From positions 6,372 through 70,371 of IMG/VR virus record IMGVR_UViG_3300037453_000316: DNA of 64,000 nucleotides. The stretch is one strand, 5' to 3'. This document shows, piece by piece, positions 39,134-48,387 of the stretch; the stretch's first letter is position 1, and every line of letters starts with the position of its first letter. The translations under genes and the position numbers were made by a program. The DNA is from a virus. Taxonomy: Duplodnaviria; Caudoviricetes. Below the pieces are notes generated by a model. That model did not search any database, was not told the origin of the DNA, and was given only the letters and a program-made list of their open reading frames with translations.

Positions 39134-40248
39134 TAGAAACCCATTTTTCTTTTTTCTTCTACAAATTTTTTGTCACCACCAAAAAGTTCGGCCAGAGTAA
39201 TATCATTTTCAGGAACCGGAAGATTATATTTCTCGGCCACCTTTACCGCCTTATCTTTCTTCAGTTTTCCGAAGTCGTATCTCATACGGCATCTTCCGGG
39301 ACGGAGAAGCGCCTCATCTATATTCTTCTCGTTGGTATTGAAAGTACAGATGAATTTGATTTTTAAGGCGTCCGCCAGAATACCATCCGTCATATTCAAC
39401 ATATCGGCGACCGCTGAACTCCTTGTATTGTTCTTTGTGACAACAAGATTTTCACAGTCCTCTATGATAAATACACTATTCTTATTACCAAGAAGAAACG
39501 TAACAAAACTCGGATTTGTTATGTCGTTGATAAGGTTTGACGGAATGTAAACGAACTTCTTGTCCTTTCTCATACATTTTATAAGATGTCTTATGTATGT
39601 GGTTTTTCCCGTTCCCGCTATTCCGTGAAGAATATACAGTCCGTTATCATCATCCTTTATGCTTCTCACTATTTCCTTATGGATATCGGAGAACCCGTCG
39701 TTATAGAGGTCGAAGTCCATATCGTTCTTGATTTTTATATCGAACTCCTCGAGATAGAAACCGTTATCACGGGCGATAATACTGCATTTGACCTTATCAT
39801 CCTTGTCCATATAATCGGAAAAATACTTGTTGATTACATCCTTTATCAACTCAATACCCTTATGTGAATGTAACACAATGGCGTTTTGCCACGAACAACC
39901 GTATGATAAGAGAATACCATCTTCACGGTACATTATCCAAGAAGTCATCATTATGTCACCGCCGGCCTGTTCCATAACATCGCCATTATCATCCTCATCT
40001 TCGTTATTGTTGGTATAATGTATCACAAATGTATCGAAACCATTCTTCAGAAGAATTTCATATATTTCCGAAGCCATCTTGCACCTCTCTTTAAAATCAC
40101 CCTTGCGTATTGAAAAATTACACTGGAATTTAGGATAATAACCGAAAACGGATGAATATATGTTTTCTTCATCTTCCAACGTTCTCCTCATAACCATAGT
40201 GTTTTCTATGGTAGTTTCTGTTCCGAATATTTTTATGTCTTTGCTCAT
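39133..40248 (-). CDS. AAA+ ATPase
   Basis: Walker A GIAGTGKT, Walker B IIEDCE, SRH DEALLRPGR. Confidence 0.9.
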   Translation of the reverse strand: MSKDIKIFGTETTIENTMVMRRTLEDEENIYSSVFGYYPKFQCNFSIRKGDFKERCKMASEIYEILLKNGFDTFVIHYTNNNEDEDDNGDVMEQAGGDIMMTSWIMYREDGILLSYGCSWQNAIVLHSHKGIELIKDVINKYFSDYMDKDDKVKCSIIARDNGFYLEEFDIKIKNDMDFDLYNDGFSDIHKEIVRSIKDDDNGLYILHGIAGTGKTTYIRHLIKCMRKDKKFVYIPSNLINDITNPSFVTFLLGNKNSVFIIEDCENLVVTKNNTRSSAVADMLNMTDGILADALKIKFICTFNTNEKNIDEALLRPGRCRMRYDFGKLKKDKAVKVAEKYNLPVPENDITLAELFGGDKKFVEEKRKMGF

Positions 40249-40260
40249 ATTGTTTATTTT

Positions 40261-41601
40261 TTAAGATAAATGGTCTTTTGAATTTATAACTTCACTCTTT
40301 TCAATAAGTTTCATTTTTTTGTAGATAGCGTCTATCCTGAATTTAGTATCCCTTCCTTCACCGTCACGTATCTTGAGTATTTTCAGATAGTAATACGGTA
40401 TGAACTCACCATCATCGTTCTGTTCACCCATCCTCATCGTATCGGTCTGTATGATACCGAAACAAGTATCGACGGTGTGAAGCAGACCCATAGATTCAGC
40501 GACATCCTCCATATTGATGTCGGATTTGTCGAGAGCCGAACGTCCACACTGTGTCGCTGTTATCACGGCAAGGTTGTATTTGACCGCTATGCCTCTGAGG
40601 TCTTCCGCTATCTGTTTTATTTTCAGATAAGTACTTTCACTGTTGGGAAGACGGTAGTTGCACATAATGTTTATATAGTCGATTATGATAACATCTATCT
40701 TGAACTTACATGCCTCTTCCACCTCCTTTATGTACTTTTCAACATCAAGCACCGTTCCCTGTCCGGTCGGAAATTCTTTCACAAAAAGTTTTCCAAGAGG
40801 CATCATCGACATTGTGGTGAGGCCGTTAAGTCTCTTTCTGACCTTGCTCGGGTCGGTAACCATATTGTCATACTCGTCCAGAGTGATGTCAAACAAGTTG
40901 GCTCCTATTCTTCTGTTCACTTTCGCCGGTGACATTTCACAGGTAATGTACACCACATTCCTTCCCTTGCGTACAAATTCGGCGGCATCGTTACAGAGAT
41001 ATACGGACTTACCGACATTTGTTGCACCGATATAGCAGGTAAGTGTTTTTAAATCAAGACCGCCATTTGAAATCTTGTTGAAATGTTCCCAAGTGTAAGG
41101 CATCTTGTATTCTTCCGAACTTTTATGTGAATTGACATCGAAGAAATCACTTCCCAAATCATTGTCAAAGGAAATCAATGAAGTACTTGAAACCATCTCG
41201 GTCGCCCTATGGACCACATCCACAACATTATCCAGAGATATTTCGGAAGTCTTGATGTACGAAACAGCCTTGACTATGTTGACATTCAGTGCTCTCCATT
41301 GTATCCATCCTTCGGTTGTATTTTTCAACCACTCCACATCCAACGAATTTATCTCCACATCATATATTGAACGGATTATATCGGCGGACGGGGCGTTCTC
41401 ATCCCCCTTCAACAAGGAAATCATCTGTTCACAAGAAGGCGATTCCTTGTATTCCTTGAAGAAAATCTTGGCGGTTAAAGCAACCGACTGAAGGTCTTCG
41501 TTTGTAAAAAAATCCTTACCGATTTGTAGAAGATAGTTTGGATGTTTGAGCATATACGCAAAGATGATTTTCTCTTGTTGTATGCTTGTCTTTAATCCCA
41601 T
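40261..41601 (-). CDS. gp41: Replicative DnaB-like helicase
   Basis: GATNVGKS, ITCEM, IIIDYI, TATQ, AESMGL. Confidence 0.9.
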   Translation of the reverse strand: MGLKTSIQQEKIIFAYMLKHPNYLLQIGKDFFTNEDLQSVALTAKIFFKEYKESPSCEQMISLLKGDENAPSADIIRSIYDVEINSLDVEWLKNTTEGWIQWRALNVNIVKAVSYIKTSEISLDNVVDVVHRATEMVSSTSLISFDNDLGSDFFDVNSHKSSEEYKMPYTWEHFNKISNGGLDLKTLTCYIGATNVGKSVYLCNDAAEFVRKGRNVVYITCEMSPAKVNRRIGANLFDITLDEYDNMVTDPSKVRKRLNGLTTMSMMPLGKLFVKEFPTGQGTVLDVEKYIKEVEEACKFKIDVIIIDYINIMCNYRLPNSESTYLKIKQIAEDLRGIAVKYNLAVITATQCGRSALDKSDINMEDVAESMGLLHTVDTCFGIIQTDTMRMGEQNDDGEFIPYYYLKILKIRDGEGRDTKFRIDAIYKKMKLIEKSEVINSKDHLS

Positions 41602-41882
41602 ATCGTCTTTACTATTTTATAAGAGTCCTTACCTATTTTTTCTATATATCCCTCGTTTAACAGAGTGTCTATTATCCTTTCAACCTTCTTGTCTATGAGT
41701 TCCACATTTGTTTCGTTTGCAAAATATGTATTTTCAATTTTCGCTCTGGAAAAAAGTCTGTCGTCAACGGAGTTGACACAAGAATCATACAGCACGTCAA
41801 GAGGTGTAGGATAATTGAACAGTGTCTTGTTGATACCCGTTATGTATTTTATCTGTATCTTATTCTTATCAAGTTGTCTCAT
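41592..41882 (-). CDS. Small protein, possible winged helix
   Basis: C-terminal IIDTLLNEGYIEKIGKDSYKIV. Confidence 0.55.
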   Translation of the reverse strand: MRQLDKNKIQIKYITGINKTLFNYPTPLDVLYDSCVNSVDDRLFSRAKIENTYFANETNVELIDKKVERIIDTLLNEGYIEKIGKDSYKIVKTIWD

Positions 41883-41932
41883 AAATCAAATATAACAAAA
41901 AAGATTGTGAATTTCACAATCTTTTTATATTT

Positions 41933-43153
41933 TTATTCCTCGATGAGCTGGGTTTTGATTTGCTCTTCAACATCATTCTCCGTTTCATCTTCCTCGAACA
42001 AGTCGTCAACCCTCACTCCTTCTGCATACTTGAACTCCTTTTTTATATACTCGTCGAGTCTTTCGAGTCTTTCCTTGGTGAACGTCTTTGATGTGAAGAG
42101 TTCCTTCGGAGTAATCGTCTCACCATTATCAAGACAGAAGTTTCTCGAAGTCTCACTCGGTACGAAATACACAACTTCACCATCTTTCTTCTCCACCCTT
42201 ACATATTCTTCATTCGGTGACTTGGTGTATTCCTTTTCCGTTATGAACTTTCCTTTCTGGATACCACAACGCTCAAACGAAATATACTCTTCCAGTCCGA
42301 CATATGGGTTCATACCGTTTACATAACTTATATAGAACTTGACTTTCACCGGTTTGCAGAAACGGTTCTTGTCGGGTTCGGCCGTAACGATGATACCAGT
42401 CTGTAGATTATCCGAACCCTCTTTCAATTTCGCCTTTGAAAGATTAAGGATGATACTTGCACCGTATACGAGACCCTTTCCACCAGATTGAACCCTTTGT
42501 GCAAACAAGTCCGTAGTCATATAGATGTGGTTCGAGAAAGCGAAAGTAGCACCTATCACACCCATCTTATGTGCAATAATCCTGAAAATGGCACGAATCT
42601 GTTTTGCCCTTGTCATATCCGCCTTGTCGGAAGCTGTCTTTGCATCGTCTATTTCTTTCTGTGTCGCCAAGTTACCGACAGAATCGAGAACGAAAAATAC
42701 ACTCGGAATCTGGTTTCCAGCTTCTTTCTGTTCAATAAGAATATCAAGAGTCTGTGTAATTGAAGTCTTGAAATCCTGTACCGTACCGACCGGTTCATAA
42801 CGGAATTTCTCCGGGTCTACACCGAACTGCACAAGCTGTGAGCGTTCAATGGCGTTTTCACTGTCATACCATATAACGAAATGTCCTTTCTTCTGTGCCT
42901 CACGAGCCATATTCATAAGAAGATATGTCTTGCCTGTACCGCTTTCCCCCGAAAGACAGAGGATTCTGTTATTAGGAGCTCCTCCGAAAACACTTCCCGT
43001 CAAGCATGCATTACAAATGTAATTACCGGTAGAAATATAATCTGTAATTTCCGATACTCCGGCACCGTCCGACATCAAACCACCCCATTTGGAATTTTTT
43101 GACATTTCCTTGTTCAAATCATTAAAACTAAATACTCCACTCTGCTTAGCCAT
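41933..43153 (-). CDS. uvsX: RecA-like recombinase
   Basis: ISTGNY, GESGTGKT, YDSE, LDSVGNL, SGGKG. Confidence 0.92.
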   Translation of the reverse strand: MAKQSGVFSFNDLNKEMSKNSKWGGLMSDGAGVSEITDYISTGNYICNACLTGSVFGGAPNNRILCLSGESGTGKTYLLMNMAREAQKKGHFVIWYDSENAIERSQLVQFGVDPEKFRYEPVGTVQDFKTSITQTLDILIEQKEAGNQIPSVFFVLDSVGNLATQKEIDDAKTASDKADMTRAKQIRAIFRIIAHKMGVIGATFAFSNHIYMTTDLFAQRVQSGGKGLVYGASIILNLSKAKLKEGSDNLQTGIIVTAEPDKNRFCKPVKVKFYISYVNGMNPYVGLEEYISFERCGIQKGKFITEKEYTKSPNEEYVRVEKKDGEVVYFVPSETSRNFCLDNGETITPKELFTSKTFTKERLERLDEYIKKEFKYAEGVRVDDLFEEDETENDVEEQIKTQLIEE

Positions 43154-43221
43154 ATACTAAAAATTATTTTATTATACTCTAAATATAACAAAATTCATAA
43201 ATAAAAAAAAGACATTTTTAT

Positions 43222-44694
43222 ATGAGGAACATACTCAATATAGACCAGTTTCTTCTGCTTGAATCGAAGGAGGATAAGACGAGGAGGATGCTAAAGTCAA
43301 GGGGATACGAAAACACTACGGAAATAATAAACGCTGTAAAACACGATTTCTCCGAACTGGAACATTCCGATAGACCGGCCTATAAGTTCCTTTATGCTAT
43401 ATGCCGTATGTATGTCGATGGTGAATTTCGTGACGCCAATGATATATCCACTATGAATTCTATGTTGAAGACCATATCGGTTGAACCTCACTTGTCTGAG
43501 TACGACCATAACCTCAACGGATTAAGTAAAGATGAGATTATCAGAAGATTCACTCCCATACAACAGAAGGAGAATGAGGATGAGATAAACTTCGTTAAAA
43601 GGATGAAGTTCGAGGGGGGTAGCGACTACGAGATAGTAAAGATAGACTCATACAGTCAAGCTGCTAAATATAAAAGGTTTGCTCCTTGGTGTGTTGCCGA
43701 TGAGCAAAGACATTTCGATTCATACTCCTGTGATGGAATAAACCAGTTTTATTTCTGTCTGAAAAGGGGGTTTGAAAGTGTTAAAAGGAATGATACTAAC
43801 GCACCCCTCAACGAGTATGGTCTCTCTATGATTTCAGTCTGTGTCGACTATAATGGAATGCCCCTTTTTGTAACCACTAGATACAACCACGATTTCGACG
43901 GAGAAAACAACGAAGAGTTGTGTAAACCTAGACAAGTCAGCGAAGTGATAAATATGAACTTCTTTGAAGTCTTTAAACCTTCACCGTTGGGTTTGAGATT
44001 GAACAAATATGAAATTAATTCAAAACTTGAAAAAGGCATCGATATCAATTCATTGTTTGACAAAACCTATAAAATAACAGATGGTTTTTATGCAGTCAGT
44101 GTCAAGAAAAAACAATCTCTCGTTTATAAGAACAAACTGATTACAGATTGGTTTGACAAAAATTTATTAGATGTCAAAAAAATAAAACTCATAGGTGAAA
44201 AAGACAACAAACCAATCATTGAATATGACGATGACATATATTTAACAGACAAAAACTTAAGAACAATACCGATTTATTTCAGTGTTGTAAAAGGTAATTT
44301 TGGATGTTCAGTCAATCAACTCGAATCGCTGGAAGGTTGTCCGGAAGAGGTCGGTGGTACTTTTGATTGCAGTGACAATAACTTAAAGTCATTAAAAGGA
44401 GCCCCGAGAAAAGTCGGTGGTAGTTTTATTTGCAATACGAATGACTATCTTACATTACTGGAAGGTTGTCCGGAAGAGGTCGGCAAAAATTTTGACTGTA
44501 GTGGTAATTCATTGGAGTCATTAAAAGGAGCCCCGAGAAAAGTCGGTGGTTATTTTGATTGTTCAATGAACCAACTTAAATCACTGGAAGGTTGTCCGGA
44601 AGAGGTCGGCGGTGATTTTAATTGTAGTTATAACAATTTGACATCACTTGAAGGTGCTCCGAGAGTGGGTGGTAGAATTATAAATAACATATAA
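43222..44694 (+). CDS. Putative internal head protein with C-terminal LRR-like (SLEGCP) repeats
   Basis: MRNILNIDQFLLLES; about 6 repeats of L.SL.G.P..VGG.F.CS.N; late promoter at 43196. Confidence 0.75.
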   Translation: MRNILNIDQFLLLESKEDKTRRMLKSRGYENTTEIINAVKHDFSELEHSDRPAYKFLYAICRMYVDGEFRDANDISTMNSMLKTISVEPHLSEYDHNLNGLSKDEIIRRFTPIQQKENEDEINFVKRMKFEGGSDYEIVKIDSYSQAAKYKRFAPWCVADEQRHFDSYSCDGINQFYFCLKRGFESVKRNDTNAPLNEYGLSMISVCVDYNGMPLFVTTRYNHDFDGENNEELCKPRQVSEVINMNFFEVFKPSPLGLRLNKYEINSKLEKGIDINSLFDKTYKITDGFYAVSVKKKQSLVYKNKLITDWFDKNLLDVKKIKLIGEKDNKPIIEYDDDIYLTDKNLRTIPIYFSVVKGNFGCSVNQLESLEGCPEEVGGTFDCSDNNLKSLKGAPRKVGGSFICNTNDYLTLLEGCPEEVGKNFDCSGNSLESLKGAPRKVGGYFDCSMNQLKSLEGCPEEVGGDFNCSYNNLTSLEGAPRVGGRIINNI

Positions 44695-44733
44695 AAACTT
44701 GACTATGAAAAATATAATCAAATTGAAACAACA

Positions 44734-45042
44734 ATGATTAATAAAGATATAAACGAATGTGACGGAGTGTCCGGTGGTGCAACACCAATGAATGTAGGTG
44801 GAATGGGTGACATAATGTTACCGGGTTCCGGTTCACCGGGTTCCGGTGATATTCCATTACCTGGTCCGACGGGAGGAGTTTATCTGCAAGTACAACCCTT
44901 CGACCAGTTCATCAAGAAATCAAAATGGAAGAAAAGGAAGAAAAGATTCAAGGGAAAAACCACACCAAACTCTGACATATATTCCTATGTGGATGATTTC
45001 AAGACTTATGCAAAAAGAACAGAAAAAAATCTAAATGCTTGA
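44734..45042 (+). CDS. Small protein containing a copy of the major-capsid N-terminal motif
   Basis: INE then PMNVGGMGDIMLPG..GSGDIP, versus MCP LNE then PGMNVGGMGDMFFPG..GSGDNP; basic KKSKWKKRKKR patch. Confidence 0.7.
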   Translation: MINKDINECDGVSGGATPMNVGGMGDIMLPGSGSPGSGDIPLPGPTGGVYLQVQPFDQFIKKSKWKKRKKRFKGKTTPNSDIYSYVDDFKTYAKRTEKNLNA

Positions 45043-46337
45043 TTATGGGAGTATTACTTAATTTGACACAAGAGTATTTCGGAAAGAAAACTAGAACGGA
45101 AGATATGGTTATACATATGGATGGTGTTGAAACGATAGAACACGAATTCATAGACAAATGCGGTAAAAAACAGTATGCTTCATATATCATTAAAGACGGC
45201 GGTTCATATATACTGCCATCCGAACCATTAAGGGAACTGGTAAAAATTATAATCAAAAGAGACGGAAATAAATGCGACTTGAATATCATTGATGTTTCCA
45301 ATGTGGTATGTATGAAAAGTTTGTTTGAAGACTCCGATTTCGATGGAGATATATCGGAGTGGGATGTGAGAAATGTGGAAAATATGGAGGCGATGTTCAA
45401 AAAATCCCATTTCAACGGAGACATTTCAAAATGGGAAACCGTCAAACTGCAAAACATTTGTGAAATATTCTGTGAATCTTCTTTCACGGGTGACATAAGC
45501 GGATGGGATGTATCAAAAGTAACCGTTATGAGTGGCGCTTTTCAAAAATGTCCCTTCGACGGTGATATTTCAAAATGGAAGACTGGTAGTGTAAGATTTA
45601 CATCCTATATGTTTGAGGAATCTTCTTTCACAGGTGACATAAGTGAATGGGATGTAAGCAATGTGGAAAGAATGTCGGGGATGTTCAAAAAATCTCCTTT
45701 CAACGGTGATATTTCAAGATGGAAAGTCGGAAAAGTGGAAACTATGTCGAATATGTTTGAGGAATCTTCTTTCACAGGTGACATAAGCGAATGGGATGTA
45801 AGCAACGTAAACGATATGTCGGATATGTTTAGAGAGTCTTCTTTTAACGGAGACATTTCAAAATGGAAAGTCGGAAAAGTCAAGAGCATGGCCAATATGT
45901 TTCGGAAATCCCATTTCACGGGTGACATAAGCGACTGGAATGTAAGCAGTGTGGAGAAAATGTTATTTATGTTTTCTGATTCTCCTTTCAACGGTGATAT
46001 TTCAAGATGGAATGTCGAAAATGTGAAAGATATGGCATTTATGTTCGCAAATTCCGACTTCAAGGGAGATATAAGTCAATGGAAGACATATAGCCTGACT
46101 GATGCGGGTGGTATGTTTGACGGTTCTTCATTTAATGGAGATATAAGTGGCTGGTATGTAAAGAAACTAAAAAACGTGAAAGTTATGTTCCTTTTTGACA
46201 AAGAGTTTGACCAAGACCTTTCCGGATGGGAGTTTGAAAATCTAGAAGAACTTGAAATTGACGATTTAGTATTTTCCGGTACACCGCTTGAAAAAAATCC
46301 ACCACAATGGTATTTGAAAAGAAAGGCAATCTCATAA
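45039..46337 (+). CDS. BspA/DUF285-type repeat protein
   Basis: About 14 copies of a 22-aa unit F.GDIS.W.V..V..M..MF..S. Confidence 0.85.
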   Translation: MIMGVLLNLTQEYFGKKTRTEDMVIHMDGVETIEHEFIDKCGKKQYASYIIKDGGSYILPSEPLRELVKIIIKRDGNKCDLNIIDVSNVVCMKSLFEDSDFDGDISEWDVRNVENMEAMFKKSHFNGDISKWETVKLQNICEIFCESSFTGDISGWDVSKVTVMSGAFQKCPFDGDISKWKTGSVRFTSYMFEESSFTGDISEWDVSNVERMSGMFKKSPFNGDISRWKVGKVETMSNMFEESSFTGDISEWDVSNVNDMSDMFRESSFNGDISKWKVGKVKSMANMFRKSHFTGDISDWNVSSVEKMLFMFSDSPFNGDISRWNVENVKDMAFMFANSDFKGDISQWKTYSLTDAGGMFDGSSFNGDISGWYVKKLKNVKVMFLFDKEFDQDLSGWEFENLEELEIDDLVFSGTPLEKNPPQWYLKRKAIS

Positions 46338-46364
46338 ATAACTTATCAACAAACACAATTTATT

Positions 46365-48143
46365 ATGAACTATTACAATAAAGGATATATGCCATTGAAC
46401 GAAAGCAAGAAGGCTGTTGATATACAAGTGGTTTTTCTTAGTTCGAGGGCAGAAAAGACAACAAAGAGTTCAAACTCTATGTTTTTCTTCGAGGATGCCG
46501 CAAAGAAAGCGGGTCTCAAAATGGTGACGATAGACCCGAGTTCATCCTCAATAAGAAAGAACAGTGAAGATTCGTACAGCGTCATCGAAGAAAACGGTGG
46601 AAGTAAGAAGACATATGTCTTGAAACCATCGAACACGATAGTTGTTCCGAGAAGAACGGTTTTAAAAAACAGCGAATCGAAAGAGTTTATGCAGGACTTA
46701 CAAACTTACGGGTTCTTCTGTCTGAATACATTGGATTCAATTGAAACCTGTGAGGACAAATTCTTGACATACAAGAAACTCAAAAATTCGGGAGTTCCAA
46801 CTCCAAAGACTACCGTTATAACATCGTCTTCAATGAACAAACTTGAAGACAAGGTTCAGACCATCGGAGGCAAATTCCCGATAGTATGTAAGATACTGAA
46901 CGGAACACAAGGTGTCGGTGTGTTTATCATCGACTCTATGATGAGTCTCCGTTCAACACTTCAGACCATGTTCAAGATTTCACCGAAATCTGATATCATC
47001 CTTCAGGAGAAGATTGACTCCGACTATGATTTGAGAATACACGTTATGTACAATGGTTTTGAAAGAATGACTTCCGGTCTTGACGGTTTCGAAATAATCG
47101 GATGTATGAAGAGAAACCAGCTCGCCGGCGATTTCAGAAGCAACTATTCTCTCGGTTCAACTGCCGAAAAGGGAACATTGACACCGGAACAGGAGAAAAT
47201 CGCAAAGATGGCCGCAAAGGCTACGGGTTGTCGTTGGTGTGGTGTAGACTTGATTGTATCAGGAACAACAAAGCAGCCTTATGTAATAGAGGTTAACTCA
47301 TCACCAGGCACAAAAGGTATCACTACCGCCGCCGGTGATGATGTCGTAGGAACTCTGTTCAATATGTTCAAGGACTTCAAGTACACGAAATATGAATCCG
47401 AACAGATTGGAAGTTACGAAACAATCACCATAAAGGATATAACGAAGGAAAATCCTAACCTCGATGTTGCAATAAGATTTGATTCCGACAAGATGTTTAC
47501 AGAACTCGAATGTTCATCGGTAAATGCAAAGGATGAAGATGTTTCATTTGTATTCAACGGAGTAACATATAACAGAGAACTTGTGGGTTTGAAGAAAAAC
47601 GAACCTATGGTCGAGTTGAACCTCAAATTCAACGGAACAATATACAAGAACGAACTTGTGATATTGAAACAGATAAACGACAATATCAACAAGAACCATA
47701 TGGTCGGAGGTTCAAAGCTCATCAACCGTATAGCCAACAACGCCGTCATCATAGACCAGCCGTTCTATCTGACCGACAACACAACGGGTTTTGATGTTCC
47801 GAAGAAACCGATAGACGAATCGCTTCTTTTCGAAAGCAAACTGGATATGGCGTTTAAGGTGAGCAAGAACGAAGTGAATCTTATGAACCTCAAAACTATA
47901 TTAAACACATTCGTAAGCGGTACGAGAAACGAATATGTGAAGGGAAAGTTCGGAATAGACGCAACGGATTCAAACAACTGGGAAATCAAGTATAACAACC
48001 AGCCTTTCCTTGAGTGTAAAAACACAGACATCAAGTTTATGCACAATTCGTTCCCATATGAAATCGCTTGCAAAATCGCCGGTGTAATAGAATCCATACT
48101 TCCTACGGAAGTCGATATGTCGGTATATCCGGAAAACGAATAA
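46365..48143 (+). CDS. rimK: RimK-family ATP-grasp ligase fused to a degenerate retropepsin-like domain
   Basis: CEDKFLT, FPIVCKILNGTQGVGV, LQEKID, DFRSNYSLG, GVDLI..EVNSSPG; C-terminal domain aligns with the N-terminal half of 48384..49328. Confidence 0.88.
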   Translation: MNYYNKGYMPLNESKKAVDIQVVFLSSRAEKTTKSSNSMFFFEDAAKKAGLKMVTIDPSSSSIRKNSEDSYSVIEENGGSKKTYVLKPSNTIVVPRRTVLKNSESKEFMQDLQTYGFFCLNTLDSIETCEDKFLTYKKLKNSGVPTPKTTVITSSSMNKLEDKVQTIGGKFPIVCKILNGTQGVGVFIIDSMMSLRSTLQTMFKISPKSDIILQEKIDSDYDLRIHVMYNGFERMTSGLDGFEIIGCMKRNQLAGDFRSNYSLGSTAEKGTLTPEQEKIAKMAAKATGCRWCGVDLIVSGTTKQPYVIEVNSSPGTKGITTAAGDDVVGTLFNMFKDFKYTKYESEQIGSYETITIKDITKENPNLDVAIRFDSDKMFTELECSSVNAKDEDVSFVFNGVTYNRELVGLKKNEPMVELNLKFNGTIYKNELVILKQINDNINKNHMVGGSKLINRIANNAVIIDQPFYLTDNTTGFDVPKKPIDESLLFESKLDMAFKVSKNEVNLMNLKTILNTFVSGTRNEYVKGKFGIDATDSNNWEIKYNNQPFLECKNTDIKFMHNSFPYEIACKIAGVIESILPTEVDMSVYPENE

Positions 48144-48216
48144 CAACAATACCAAATAGAGACTCGAACAAATGAAAATGGACCGGAGACGCCGGTCCAT
48201 TTTCATAAATAATGAT

Positions 48217-48387
48217 ATGGGATGTAACTGTAATAAAAACGATTCAATTCCTCTTTCTGTAAAAAAGGAAAAGAGGAGAGGCCTTAAAGAGAAGATAAAT
48301 GAAATAAAGAAACTCTGGAAGGAAAGTAAAACTGTTGAAACATCGGGAAGCGTCACTGTAAACAAAGATGAACTTGGATTCAAATGA
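48217..48387 (+). CDS. Small basic late protein (MGCNC...)
   Basis: In-frame ATG at 48217 just after the late promoter 48204-48211; INE site. Confidence 0.6.
   Translation: MGCNCNKNDSIPLSVKKEKRRGLKEKINEIKKLWKESKTVETSGSVTVNKDELGFK

Noticed and set aside
40261-43153. Inteins or introns in the helicase or UvsX
   Set aside because: Normal lengths and no splicing motifs seen.
45300-46200. Possible DGR template/variable repeats or CRISPR in the 66-nt periodic region
   Set aside because: These are DUF285 coding repeats; differences are not adenine-specific and there is no reverse transcriptase in the window.
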